From Pseudonocardiaceae bacterium (GTDB lineage Bacteria; Actinomycetota; Actinomycetes; Mycobacteriales; Pseudonocardiaceae): a stretch of 64,000 nt of DNA. Below, one piece after another: positions 27,749 to 39,355 of the stretch. The notes beneath the pieces are model-generated. The model was given only the letters and a program-made list of their open reading frames with translations, did not search any database and was not told where the DNA came from. Position 1 is the stretch's first letter. Every line of letters begins with the position of its first letter. The translations under genes and the position numbers were made by a program. Location: assembly GCA_036501085.1 (NCBI GenBank), contig DASYAZ010000016.1:8954-72953 (forward strand). Reading direction: 5' to 3'.

Positions 27749-28666
27749 ATGACTCGAACGGGGATTTTCGCAAGAATCGCTGCGCTTGGTTACGACTATG
27801 CGGCGCGAGCCACCCTGCGACCCGCGGAGTGCAACCTGTGCGGGGCGCGCGACCGTACCGTCGAAGTCGCCGAACGCGACCGCTACGGCTACCCCGCCAC
27901 CTTCGTGGTGTGCCGGCGGTGCGGGCTCGGTTACCTCTGCCCGCGGTTGAGCGCCACCCAATACGCGCACTTCTACTCCGAGATCTATCGCCCGCTGGTA
28001 TCGGCCTACCACGGTCGGCGCATCGACGCACAGACCATCCAGCTCGAGCAACGCAGCTACGCCACCGGGTTGGCGACGTTCCTGCTCCCGTTACTGCCCT
28101 CACCACCCCGCACAATCCTGGACGTGGGCGGCTCGACAGGAGTGGTCGCCAGGGTACTGGCCGCCCGGATGAACGCGCGCTCGACGGTGCTCGACCCGGC
28201 TCCGGAGGAGCTCGCAGTCGCGCAGGCCGCCGGGATGGAGACGATCGCCGGTTTCGCCGAGGATTTCGATCCGGGTGAGCGCAGGTGGGACCTGGTGCTG
28301 CTGTGCCAGACGATCGACCACCTGCTGGATCTGCGCGCCACGCTGGCGGCGCTGCGGGAGATGACGGCCCCCGGAGGCCGCGCGTTCGTCGACATCGTCG
28401 ACGTCGAGGTCCTGCTGCACCGGACCGGCAGCATCGAACGAGTGATCAAGATCGATCACCCCTATTACCTGACGCGTTCGACCGCGGTGGCCCTGTTCGC
28501 GCTCACCGGCTTCGCGATCATCGCCGAGCGGCTCACCGACGACGGTCATCGGGGTTTCGTCCTCGCCCCGGGACCGTGCACCGAGCCCGACTGGCCGACT
28601 CTGGAGGTCAGCGCGTCACAACTACTGAGCGGCGTGTGGACGCTCCGGGCGGGTGAGCTTGGCTAA
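27749..28666 (+). CDS. Class I SAM-dependent methyltransferase with N-terminal 4-Cys zinc-ribbon
   Basis: CNLCG...CRRCG, then ILDVGGSTGVVA (motif I). Divergent from the NeuB-like gene. Confidence 0.75.
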   Translation: MTRTGIFARIAALGYDYAARATLRPAECNLCGARDRTVEVAERDRYGYPATFVVCRRCGLGYLCPRLSATQYAHFYSEIYRPLVSAYHGRRIDAQTIQLEQRSYATGLATFLLPLLPSPPRTILDVGGSTGVVARVLAARMNARSTVLDPAPEELAVAQAAGMETIAGFAEDFDPGERRWDLVLLCQTIDHLLDLRATLAALREMTAPGGRAFVDIVDVEVLLHRTGSIERVIKIDHPYYLTRSTAVALFALTGFAIIAERLTDDGHRGFVLAPGPCTEPDWPTLEVSASQLLSGVWTLRAGELG

Positions 28667-28780
28667 ACATTTGCAATAACCGCCCCGAAACCCGCGACGA
28701 TCACTGTACGATCCGATATGCGCACGCCCTGTCGTCACTGATTCCTGCACTGCTGATTTCTGCGTTCAGGAGGCACCGAC

Positions 28781-29986
28781 GTGCCTGATCGTCGCAAGAA
28801 GATCTGCGTCGTCGTCGCCAACCGGGCCAATCTGGCGCGAATCACCACAGTGCTGGAAGCGGTGCGGGATCATCCCGCCCTCGAGCTCCAGGTGATCGCA
28901 GCCGCGTCGATGCTGCTGGAACGCTTCGGCAATGCCGTCACCATGCTCGAAGCCGCCGGTTTCATCCCCGATGCCAGGATCGCCTGCATTATCGAGGGGC
29001 AGACACCCGCGATAATGGCGAGATCCACCGGGCTGGGCCTGCTGGAGATATCGAGTGCGTTCGAGCGGCTCGAACCCGACATCGTGGTCACCGTCGCCGA
29101 TCGATTCGAGACGATCGCGACGGCCATCGCCGGCGCGTATATGAACATTCCGGTCGCCCACACCCAAGGCGGTGAGGTATCCGGATCGATCGACGAGAGC
29201 GTCCGGCACGCGATCACCAAGCTGTCGCACCTCCATTTCCCGGCCACCGAGCTCAGCGCGCGCCGCGTCATCGCGATGGGCGAGGACCCGCGACATGTGT
29301 TCGCCGTCGGCTGCCCGTCGATCGACCTGGCTGCTCGCGTCCCCCCGGGAACGCGCCGGGAAGCCTTGATCCCACACTGCGGCGCCGGATCACCGATCGA
29401 CCCGGATCAGCCTTTCCTGCTGGTGGTGCAGCACGGTGTCACGACCGAGTACGGCCGGGGCCTGGAACAGATGACGGCGACGTTGCAGGCGCTATCGTCG
29501 GTCGGGATGCAGGCGCTGGTGTTCTGGCCGAATGTGGATGCAGGCAGCACCGAGGTCGCCACCGGTATCCGGCAGTTCCGCGAGCAGGGGCTGGCCGAGC
29601 GCTGCCAGTTCTTCCGCAACCTGCATGCCGATGATTTCGTCCGGCTGATGAAGCATTGCTCCTGCATGATCGGCAACTCGTCGGCGGCGCTGCGCGAAGG
29701 GGCCCACCTCGGCACGCCCGCCGTCAGTATCGGTACCCGCCAGCTCAACCGCGAATGCGGCCCGAACGTGGTGTTCACCTCGCACGATCCGGCCGAGATC
29801 GGCGACGCGATCGCAGCCCAGCTTCAGCATGGCCGCTACGAGTCGAGCCCCCTGTTCGGATCCGGCACTGCCGGGCGCGATATCGCCGAGGTGCTGGCAA
29901 CGGTGAACCCCCCGGTACAGAAACGCCTGCACTACGACCCTGCCACGCTGCTCAGCACCATCGCTCATCCAGGGCTATCGGGTTGA
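28781..29986 (+). CDS. UDP-N-acetylglucosamine 2-epimerase (NeuC-like, hydrolysing type likely)
   Basis: 401 aa. KKICVVVANRANLARI, HTQGGEVSGSIDESVRHAITKLSHLHF (the epimerase_2 signature HxxGGE...D...RH). Confidence 0.8.
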   Translation: MPDRRKKICVVVANRANLARITTVLEAVRDHPALELQVIAAASMLLERFGNAVTMLEAAGFIPDARIACIIEGQTPAIMARSTGLGLLEISSAFERLEPDIVVTVADRFETIATAIAGAYMNIPVAHTQGGEVSGSIDESVRHAITKLSHLHFPATELSARRVIAMGEDPRHVFAVGCPSIDLAARVPPGTRREALIPHCGAGSPIDPDQPFLLVVQHGVTTEYGRGLEQMTATLQALSSVGMQALVFWPNVDAGSTEVATGIRQFREQGLAERCQFFRNLHADDFVRLMKHCSCMIGNSSAALREGAHLGTPAVSIGTRQLNRECGPNVVFTSHDPAEIGDAIAAQLQHGRYESSPLFGSGTAGRDIAEVLATVNPPVQKRLHYDPATLLSTIAHPGLSG

Positions 29987-30054
29987 TCCATGCGCGCTCG
30001 GTCGACGATATCGAGGGTTTCGTGGCGCGCCGGGGAAAACGCCACACCTGAACT

Positions 30055-30483
30055 ATGCTCGGCGTCGTGACTGTCCCCATCGATGCGGCGCGGCGGCTCC
30101 GTGCGGCCGCCGTCGACGGACGTCTGGAGGACTTGGCCGAGGCACATGGCCTTTCGCTCATCGTGATGTTCGGCAGCGCGGCACGTGGTCAGCCCGACGC
30201 GCGCGATCTCGATGTGGCAGTCGGTTCGCGGGCGCGCAGTGGGCTCGACGTGATCACAGTGATCTGCGCATTCATGGACCTGGTCGGTAGCGACCGCGTC
30301 GACCTACTCGATCTCGATCGGGCCGGTCCGGTGGCGCGTCAGCATGCCCTGGTGCCTGGCGACCCGTTGTACGAGTACGAACCGGGTGAGTTCGTTCGGC
30401 AGCAGATGAAGGCCAGCGGGCAGCGGCTGGGCACCGAGTGGATGCGACGGCTGGATCTGGAGCTGATGGCAGGCCACCTATGA
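30055..30483 (+). CDS. mntA: MntA-type minimal nucleotidyltransferase antitoxin
   Basis: MFGSAARGQPDARDLDVAV, i.e. the GSxxRG...DxD NTase motif. ATGA overlap with the downstream HepT gene. Confidence 0.8.
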   Translation: MLGVVTVPIDAARRLRAAAVDGRLEDLAEAHGLSLIVMFGSAARGQPDARDLDVAVGSRARSGLDVITVICAFMDLVGSDRVDLLDLDRAGPVARQHALVPGDPLYEYEPGEFVRQQMKASGQRLGTEWMRRLDLELMAGHL

Positions 30484-30917
30484 CGCCGCGGCGTCTCGAC
30501 CCATCGATCATCCAGGCCAGGCTGGCGGTCATGCGAGGACTCCTCGATGACCTCGCGGGTGTCGACGGGTCGGCGGAGCTGCCGCTGGCCCAGGATCGGA
30601 TGCTCCGGCACGGTATTGAGCGCATCCTCACCCAGCTCGTGGAGCTCGCCGCCGCCATCAACGAGCACATCGTCGGCGCCAACCTTCAGCGCGTCGCCAC
30701 CTCTTACCGGGAGTCCTTCGAGCTTGCTGAGGAATGCGGCCTGATCGACAAGCAGCTCCGCGACGATTTGCTTCCCTCCGTCGGCATGCGCAACGTCCTG
30801 GTGCACGAATACCTCGAGATCGACTTGCGAAAAGTCGCGATGGCCGTGCCGCTTGCCCTGAGCTGCTACCGCCGCTACGTGCAACAGATCGCTGAATTTG
30901 TCAGCCGCGCCGGCTGA
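30480..30917 (+). CDS. hepT: HepT (DUF86) toxin, HEPN RNase
   Basis: RNVLVHEY, i.e. the Rx4HxY HEPN motif near the C-terminal third. Start trimmed to the ATG at 30480 that overlaps the MntA stop. Confidence 0.8.
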   Translation: MTPRRLDPSIIQARLAVMRGLLDDLAGVDGSAELPLAQDRMLRHGIERILTQLVELAAAINEHIVGANLQRVATSYRESFELAEECGLIDKQLRDDLLPSVGMRNVLVHEYLEIDLRKVAMAVPLALSCYRRYVQQIAEFVSRAG

Positions 30918-31148
30918 TACCGGTAAGGGCACGAATGCGGTGCTGGCAGATGTCACCCCGAGGACGTGACCGTGCAGAGCAGCGGTGCTGACCGGTGCGG
31001 CCGCCCGCTTCCCCCAGCGCAGTAAATCCCACATCTCTCACTCGAATGAAGTAATGGCTGCTGCTGTGAGGAATTACGATATTCGCAGGATTCCCACGCG
31101 CCACCGGCCGAGATAACCCCCGCGACGCAAACGGGAGGGTGCACGGAC

Positions 31149-32120
31149 ATGGCAACGGTTGCCGTCAACCTGACTCGGCCGGAGGAGGAGCTGGGTGAGA
31201 TTCCCGCCAGGCTCCGGGCGTCCGGGCTGGAGCTGCGCTGCGGATCGGGACGGCGGGCCACGCCGCCGGCGGAAGTGATCGAAAGCCTGCGCGGCTGCGC
31301 GGCGGCCATCGCAGGTCAGGAGCTCTATACAGCCGAGGTGTTCGATGCCTGCCCCGAGCTGAGGCTGGTGGTGCGCTTCGGGGTTGGCTTCGACACCGTC
31401 GACGTCGACGCGGCCACCGATCGGGGTGTCCTGGTGGCGACCATTCCGGGCACCACTGACGGCGGTGTCGCCGACCACGCGCTCGGGCTGATGATCGACT
31501 TAGCGCACGGGATCTCCCGGCACGATCGGGCCATGCGACGCGGCGAGTGGCAGCCGCAACGCGGTGTCGACCTGTGGCACGCGACCTTGGGCATCGTCGG
31601 GCTGGGCCGGATCGGGCGGGCCGTCGCGCTACGCGGGCTCGGCTTCGCCATGCGGGTGATCGCCCACGAGCCGTACCCCGTCATGGAGTTCGTGGATGAG
31701 CATCGCATCGAGCTGATGCGGATGGACGAGGTATTCGCGCAGAGCGACTTCGTGACTCTGCACCTGCCGGCCATGCCGGAGACCGAGCGGATCGTCGATG
31801 CCGCGAAACTGGCTCTGATGAAACCGACCGCCTACTTGATCAATACCGGCCGCGGCAACCTGGTGGACGAGGATGCCCTCTACGCCGCGGTGAAATCCGG
31901 TCAGATCGCCGGTGCCGGCATCGACGCCTGGACCACCGAGCCGATGACCGATCCGCGATGGGCCGAGCTGGACAACGTCGTCCTCACCCCGCACAGCGCA
32001 GCGAACACCCACGGAGTCTGGACGACGAGCGCGGTGCTCGCCGCGAACATCGTGGTGCAGGTGATGCGCGGTGAGCAGCCCCCGCAACTGCTCAACCCGC
32101 AGGTGTGGGGCGGCTCGTGA
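31149..32120 (+). CDS. D-isomer-specific 2-hydroxyacid dehydrogenase (PGDH-like)
   Basis: [14 protein letters not shown] (NAD GxGxxG), TLHLP, NTGRG, and TPHSA with the catalytic His. Confidence 0.85.
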   Translation: MATVAVNLTRPEEELGEIPARLRASGLELRCGSGRRATPPAEVIESLRGCAAAIAGQELYTAEVFDACPELRLVVRFGVGFDTVDVDAATDRGVLVATIPGTTDGGVADHALGLMIDLAHGISRHDRAMRRGEWQPQRGVDLWHATLGIVGLGRIGRAVALRGLGFAMRVIAHEPYPVMEFVDEHRIELMRMDEVFAQSDFVTLHLPAMPETERIVDAAKLALMKPTAYLINTGRGNLVDEDALYAAVKSGQIAGAGIDAWTTEPMTDPRWAELDNVVLTPHSAANTHGVWTTSAVLAANIVVQVMRGEQPPQLLNPQVWGGS

Positions 32121-32160
32121 GTGGGAAACGGTGCCATGGCACCGTTTCCCACTCACGAGC
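32113..32160. terminator. Perfect 48-nt palindrome (23-nt arms) acting as a bidirectional terminator between convergent genes
   Basis: gctcgtgagtgggaaacggtgcc-at-ggcaccgtttcccactcacgagc. It contains the TGA of 31149..32120 and touches the stop of 32160..33440. Confidence 0.7.
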
Positions 32161-33440
32161 TACAACCGCGCGGCGGACGGTGAGCGCAGCCGGTTGCGGG
32201 TGTCCAGGACGCGGTCGGCGTGCTGCTCGAAAAGGTCCCAGTCGATCTCGTCGTGATCGGTCAGCACGATCACCAGATCGGCTTCGGTGATCTGGCTCAG
32301 CTCGCATCGCACCAGCCGGAGGAAAGCAGGGATGTCCTCGTCGGTGACCAACGGGTCGACGGCCCGGAGATCAGCGCCCAGGTCGGCGAGTTTCTTGGCG
32401 ACCGCGATTGCCGGCGATTGCCTGGTATCTCGCGAGTTCCGCTTGTAGGCCAACCCCACCAGCAGGATCCTGCTGCCGTTCACCGGCCTGGACTGCTGGT
32501 TGAGCTGCCTGATCACCCGGGAGACCACATAGTCCGGCATGTGGTCGTTGACATCGTTGGCGATCTCGACGAAACGGAAGGCGTGCCCCAGCGATCGCCG
32601 CGCCTGCCACGACAGGTACGAAGGGTCGATAGGCAGGCAGTGCCCGCCCACTCCGGGACCCGGAGTGAACTTCATGAATCCGAAGGGCTTCGTGGCAGCC
32701 GCCTCGATGACCGACCACACGTCGAGGCCGAGACCGTGACAATACATCGCGAGCTCGTTCACCAACGCGATATTGACATGACGGAACGTGTTTTCGAGCA
32801 GCTTGGCAAGTTCCGCCTCCCTGGTTCCATCCACCGGCACCGTCTGCTCGACGAGCCGGCCATAGAAATCCTGCAAGGCTTGCAACGAGTATCGATCCAC
32901 TCCCGAGATGATCTTCGGGGTGTTGCGGAAGTGCCAGGTCTTGTTGCCCGGGTCGATGCGCTCGGGGCTGTACCCGACACTGAACTGCTCCCCCGCGCGC
33001 AGGCCCGAACCCGACTCCAGGATCGGGATGAAGATCTCGTCGGTGGTTCCGGGGTAGCTCGTGGATTCCAGGATGACGCAGCAGCCGGGTGTGACGTGCG
33101 GCGCGATGGCCCGGGCCGCATTCTCGATGTAGCTCAGATCGGGTGCGCCGTCCGGCAGGGGAGTCGGTACGCAGACGACTGCCACGTCGAAGCCGGCCAG
33201 CGCCGCCGGATCATCGGTCGGCAGGTAGCGCCCGGTGCTCGCGGCCAGCGCGAGATCACCGTCATGGACGTCGTCGATGAACGTCTCGGCCTTGCGCAGG
33301 GCGTCGATACGGGTCTTGTCGACGTCGAAACCGACGACGTCGAAACCCACTTCAACCGCCCGGATCGCCAGCGGCAGGCCCACATAACCCTGACCCAACA
33401 CGGCGACCCGGCACGGCGAAACGTCGGAAATGTCGCGCAT
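32160..33440 (-). CDS. Nucleotide-sugar 6-dehydrogenase (UDP-Glc/GDP-Man/UDP-ManNAc dehydrogenase family)
   Basis: VAVLGQGYVGLPLA N-terminal Rossmann fold, FTPGPGVGGHCLPIDP catalytic-Cys motif. Confidence 0.88.
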   Translation of the reverse strand: MRDISDVSPCRVAVLGQGYVGLPLAIRAVEVGFDVVGFDVDKTRIDALRKAETFIDDVHDGDLALAASTGRYLPTDDPAALAGFDVAVVCVPTPLPDGAPDLSYIENAARAIAPHVTPGCCVILESTSYPGTTDEIFIPILESGSGLRAGEQFSVGYSPERIDPGNKTWHFRNTPKIISGVDRYSLQALQDFYGRLVEQTVPVDGTREAELAKLLENTFRHVNIALVNELAMYCHGLGLDVWSVIEAAATKPFGFMKFTPGPGVGGHCLPIDPSYLSWQARRSLGHAFRFVEIANDVNDHMPDYVVSRVIRQLNQQSRPVNGSRILLVGLAYKRNSRDTRQSPAIAVAKKLADLGADLRAVDPLVTDEDIPAFLRLVRCELSQITEADLVIVLTDHDEIDWDLFEQHADRVLDTRNRLRSPSAARL

Positions 33441-33564
33441 GGAGTCCCCCGAGGATCGTGTCGCCGTGAGCGACCACCCGAATACTAGCGGTGCCGCCGT
33501 CCACCGTCATCCGGCGCACTTTTGCGGGCCCGCTCGAAATAGCGCTACCGTCGCCGATGAGGTC

Positions 33565-36231
<2,667 letters not shown>

Positions 36232-36273
36232 ACGTATGTGGTCATCCGCCGTTACAAATGCTAAGAATGCAGG

Positions 36274-36669
36274 ATGATAGGCGGCCAGCATTTCCGCGGT
36301 TACGCCAAACGGCGCATCTCGACACTGATTGCAGTTATTTTTGCGCTTGTGCTCGCCGCCTGCGGGGTCACGGGCACGAGGAACGCGCCGGCCCAGGCGG
36401 TCGGCGTGATGCCCGCCTCCGACGTCACGGTGACGATCGAGAACTTCGCGTTCCTTCCGGCGCACGTGACGGTGCCTGCGGGAGCCACGGTGGCGGTGGT
36501 CAACAAGGACCAGGTGATCCACACCCTCACCGCCAACAACAGGGCGTTCAACACCGGCAACGTAAGCCGGGGTATCCCCACCACCTTCAAGGCACCCGAC
36601 CAGCCAGGCACCTATCCGTTCCACTGCTCGATACACCCCTACATGACGGGTGTACTCACGGTCTCCTAG
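36274..36669 (+). CDS. Cupredoxin-like (plastocyanin/amicyanin-type) copper-binding lipoprotein
   Basis: Lipobox LVLAACG. C-terminal FHCSIHPYMTG is a type-1 copper Cys-His-Met ligand pattern. Confidence 0.75.
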   Translation: MIGGQHFRGYAKRRISTLIAVIFALVLAACGVTGTRNAPAQAVGVMPASDVTVTIENFAFLPAHVTVPAGATVAVVNKDQVIHTLTANNRAFNTGNVSRGIPTTFKAPDQPGTYPFHCSIHPYMTGVLTVS

Positions 36670-36896
36670 CGCGATCCACGGTTGGGGCACGCGCTGGACG
36701 GCTGCGGTGGCGATCACCCGGTCATAGGGTGCCCGTGACGGGTAACCGAGCGCACCGTCCCGGTGACCACTATTACGTCGTAACCAGCCGCGCGGTGCGC
36801 CTGTCGCGCCCAGACCGCAAGCTGCGGATCATCTCAATGGTGGTGATGTTCGCGGCGCCGAATCGCACCGCGAGCAATCGCAATCGGCCCTCGTCG

Positions 36897-37262
36897 TCAA
36901 CCGCCCAGTGCTTCCAGCGCTGCCCGCAGCGCCGCCTTACCTGATGAATCAAGCTGGGCACCGGTTTCAGTGCAGGCGTGAAAGTACAGGCTGGTCCGGC
37001 TGTCCGCGTGTCCGATCACAAGCAGCGTGCAGGCACCCCCGCGGGGGCTCCGGGCCGGAATCGCCGACCGGCCACGAAGTGACAACGCGACCACCAGCAG
37101 CTCGACGACCTCCGGCGTGAGTTCCGCGACGGCAGTCTCGCCGCCCTCGTAGCGCAGCAGATGTTCACCGAGCGGATCACGCTGCACGGTCACCGTGCAC
37201 AACCGGCCTGATTCGGTCTTCGCCGCGACCGCCGTGCGGTCGGTCCCAGCGGGTAACCGCAT
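36897..37262 (-). CDS. Hypothetical protein (low confidence)
   Basis: ORF of about 121 aa with a plausible composition. Its start overlaps the stop of the upstream ORF. No motif recognised. Confidence 0.3.
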   Translation of the reverse strand: MRLPAGTDRTAVAAKTESGRLCTVTVQRDPLGEHLLRYEGGETAVAELTPEVVELLVVALSLRGRSAIPARSPRGGACTLLVIGHADSRTSLYFHACTETGAQLDSSGKAALRAALEALGG

Positions 37263-37747
37263 CAGCACCCTTCCTTATGGTGGCGACCAGACCGGGGATC
37301 CGGGGAGGGCTGCCGCCCACCTAGCTGGTGATAGCGATCGGTCCCGGTGCCCGTCAGCGCCGCCCGCCGCAGGCCCCACTCGTCCACCTCGGCCAACGCC
37401 ACCACACCGGCGTCGCACAACGCGGTGAGCGCATCGGCGACGTAGTCCGGTATCCGATACCCGTGTTCCAACCAGCGACCACTCATCTTGGCTATCCCAC
37501 CGCCACGGACGCGCCGCAGCGCCATCCAGTCGTACAGATCTGCTCCAGCCAACCGCGGGCCGGACAGCGCCGCTGGGGCGTCTTCGCTGGTCCGTCTGGG
37601 ATGACGACGGCTCTCGCCCGGGTGCGGGGGGAGGCGCGGTCGGGAGCCGTCGCCGCTCGTGGGAGCGGGGATGGAGCCGCAGGAACAGGGCGCGACCGAT
37701 CTCGGGCCGTCAGGGAGTGCTCGAAGTCCCGGCTGCGCTGCACTCAT
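37262..37747 (-). CDS. Hypothetical protein (low confidence; true start probably internal, near MALRRVRGG)
   Basis: The N-terminal half is Pro/Arg/Ser-rich and looks non-coding. The C-terminal roughly 90 aa (WLEHGYRIPDYVADALTALCDAGVVALAEVDEWGL) look protein-like. Confidence 0.3.
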   Translation of the reverse strand: MSAAQPGLRALPDGPRSVAPCSCGSIPAPTSGDGSRPRLPPHPGESRRHPRRTSEDAPAALSGPRLAGADLYDWMALRRVRGGGIAKMSGRWLEHGYRIPDYVADALTALCDAGVVALAEVDEWGLRRAALTGTGTDRYHQLGGRQPSPDPRSGRHHKEGC

Positions 37748-38014
37748 CGCGGTCCCCTTGTCGCTCGCCGTGGAATGGCCGGACCGGCGACTCGGCGTCG
37801 GGGCGGCATCGCCGGTCCGGCCATGACCCTTCGCGCCCGGCGGCGGCTGCGGCGGTCAGGGTTAGGCGGAGTCAAACATCGTGACACGCCGGAATGCAAG
37901 ATTTCAGATGAATCTTTCAGAATGACTACTCAACATGGTTAACTCATTTTGAAACGGGCCCGTGAATGCTTTCATTCCGGGTGTAGGATTCCCTCACGGT
38001 GAGAGAGGTGGACG

Positions 38015-38905
38015 ATGACCGAGGCCATCACGACGACGGGCTCGACCGTGCCCCGCCGGCAACTCGGCCGGTACCTGCGTGACCTGCGCAACCGATCGCG
38101 GCTCACCGTGCGTGCCGCGGGCGCGCAGTTGGAGTGGTCCGAGGCCAAGATCTGGCGGATCGAGACCGGGCAGACCTCGCTGCGCAGCCTCGACGTGGAG
38201 GCGATGTGCAAGGTCTACGGCGCACCGCAGGATATCACCGAGGCGCTGATGGGCCTGGCCAAGGAGACCAAGGCCCACGGCTGGTGGCACTCCTACGGCG
38301 ACGCCATCCCGGAGTACTTCGACGTCTACATCGGACTGGAGGAGGCCGCATCCCACTTCAGCTGGTACGAGTCCGAGCTGGTACCAGGCCTGTTCCAGAC
38401 TGAGGACTACGCCCGCGCGGTGATCCGCGCGGACAACCCGGGCGTGGACGACGCCGAGATCGAACGGCGGGTGCACGTCCGCCTCGCCCGCCAGGCACTG
38501 CTGACCAGGGTCACCCACCCCCCGGCGTTCGACGTGGTGCTCAACGAGGCCATCCTGCACCGCCCGGTGGGGGGCGAGCAGGCCGTACGCGGTCAGCTCG
38601 CGCGGCTGGTGGAAGTCAGCCAGCTGCCCACCGTGTCGCTCCGGGTGGTGCCCTTCGGCGCCGGGCTGCACCACGGCATCATGTCCGGGACGTTCGAGCT
38701 TCTTCGGTTCCCGCTCAACGGCAACGGCCAGGACACCGAGCCACCCACGGTCTACGTCGAAAGCTTCACCGGCGCACTCTACCTGGACAAACCCCACGAG
38801 GTCGCCCGGTACGAGACCGCGTTCAAGAACATCTGGGAGTCCTCGCTGGACGAGAAGGCCTCCCGGAAGCTGATCACTCAAGTGACAAGGGAGCTAGGAA
38901 AGTGA
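38015..38905 (+). CDS. XRE-family HTH regulator with DUF5753-type C-terminal domain (WhiJ/Scr1-like)
   Basis: LGRYLRDLRNRSRLTVRAAGAQLEWSEAKIWRIETGQ is an HTH_31-like motif. Paired with a downstream DUF397 gene, a classic actinomycete pair. Confidence 0.85.
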   Translation: MTEAITTTGSTVPRRQLGRYLRDLRNRSRLTVRAAGAQLEWSEAKIWRIETGQTSLRSLDVEAMCKVYGAPQDITEALMGLAKETKAHGWWHSYGDAIPEYFDVYIGLEEAASHFSWYESELVPGLFQTEDYARAVIRADNPGVDDAEIERRVHVRLARQALLTRVTHPPAFDVVLNEAILHRPVGGEQAVRGQLARLVEVSQLPTVSLRVVPFGAGLHHGIMSGTFELLRFPLNGNGQDTEPPTVYVESFTGALYLDKPHEVARYETAFKNIWESSLDEKASRKLITQVTRELGK

Positions 38906-39102
38906 GCACACCCGACCTGTCCAGCGCCACCTGGCGCAAGAGCAGCCGCAGCAACGGCCAAGCGAGCTGCGTGGAGATCGCCGATCTCGGCGGCGGGCAC
39001 CGCGCCGTCCGCGACTCCAAGAACCCCACCGGCCCTGCCCTGCTCATCCCACCCACCGCATGGGCCACCTTCACCAGCGCCCTGCGCACCGGCAACCTCT
39101 GA
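38902..39102 (+). CDS. DUF397 domain protein (BldB/AbaA-like small partner)
   Basis: WRKSSRSNGQASCVEIA...VRDSKNP is the DUF397 signature. GTGA overlap with the XRE gene. Confidence 0.85.
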   Translation: MSTPDLSSATWRKSSRSNGQASCVEIADLGGGHRAVRDSKNPTGPALLIPPTAWATFTSALRTGNL

Positions 39103-39110
39103 CCCACCCC

Positions 39111-39172
39111 GCATTCAGCGGGCTCAGCGGGGTAACCAGCACTCCAATAACCCCGCTGAGCCCGCTGAATGC
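39111..39172. terminator. Perfect hairpin, 23-nt arms and 16-nt loop, after the DUF397 gene
   Basis: gcattcagcgggctcagcggggt-aaccagcactccaata-accccgctgagcccgctgaatgc. No U-tract (I-shaped actinomycete-type terminator, or a REP-like element). Confidence 0.6.
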
Positions 39173-39355
39173 GCTTACCAGACGGGGCCGTGGCGCCGAG
39201 CGCGAGAACCCGCCGTTCAGCGGATCTACGGTGTGCAGGCGTCCAATCATGACCAAGACCATGCCCTACGGGGTCTGACACGACGTGCCCAGCTGCGCGT
39301 CGGGTGAGACCCCATAAGGTCCGCGGGGTCCGGACACCGACGGTGGAGGAACCCG

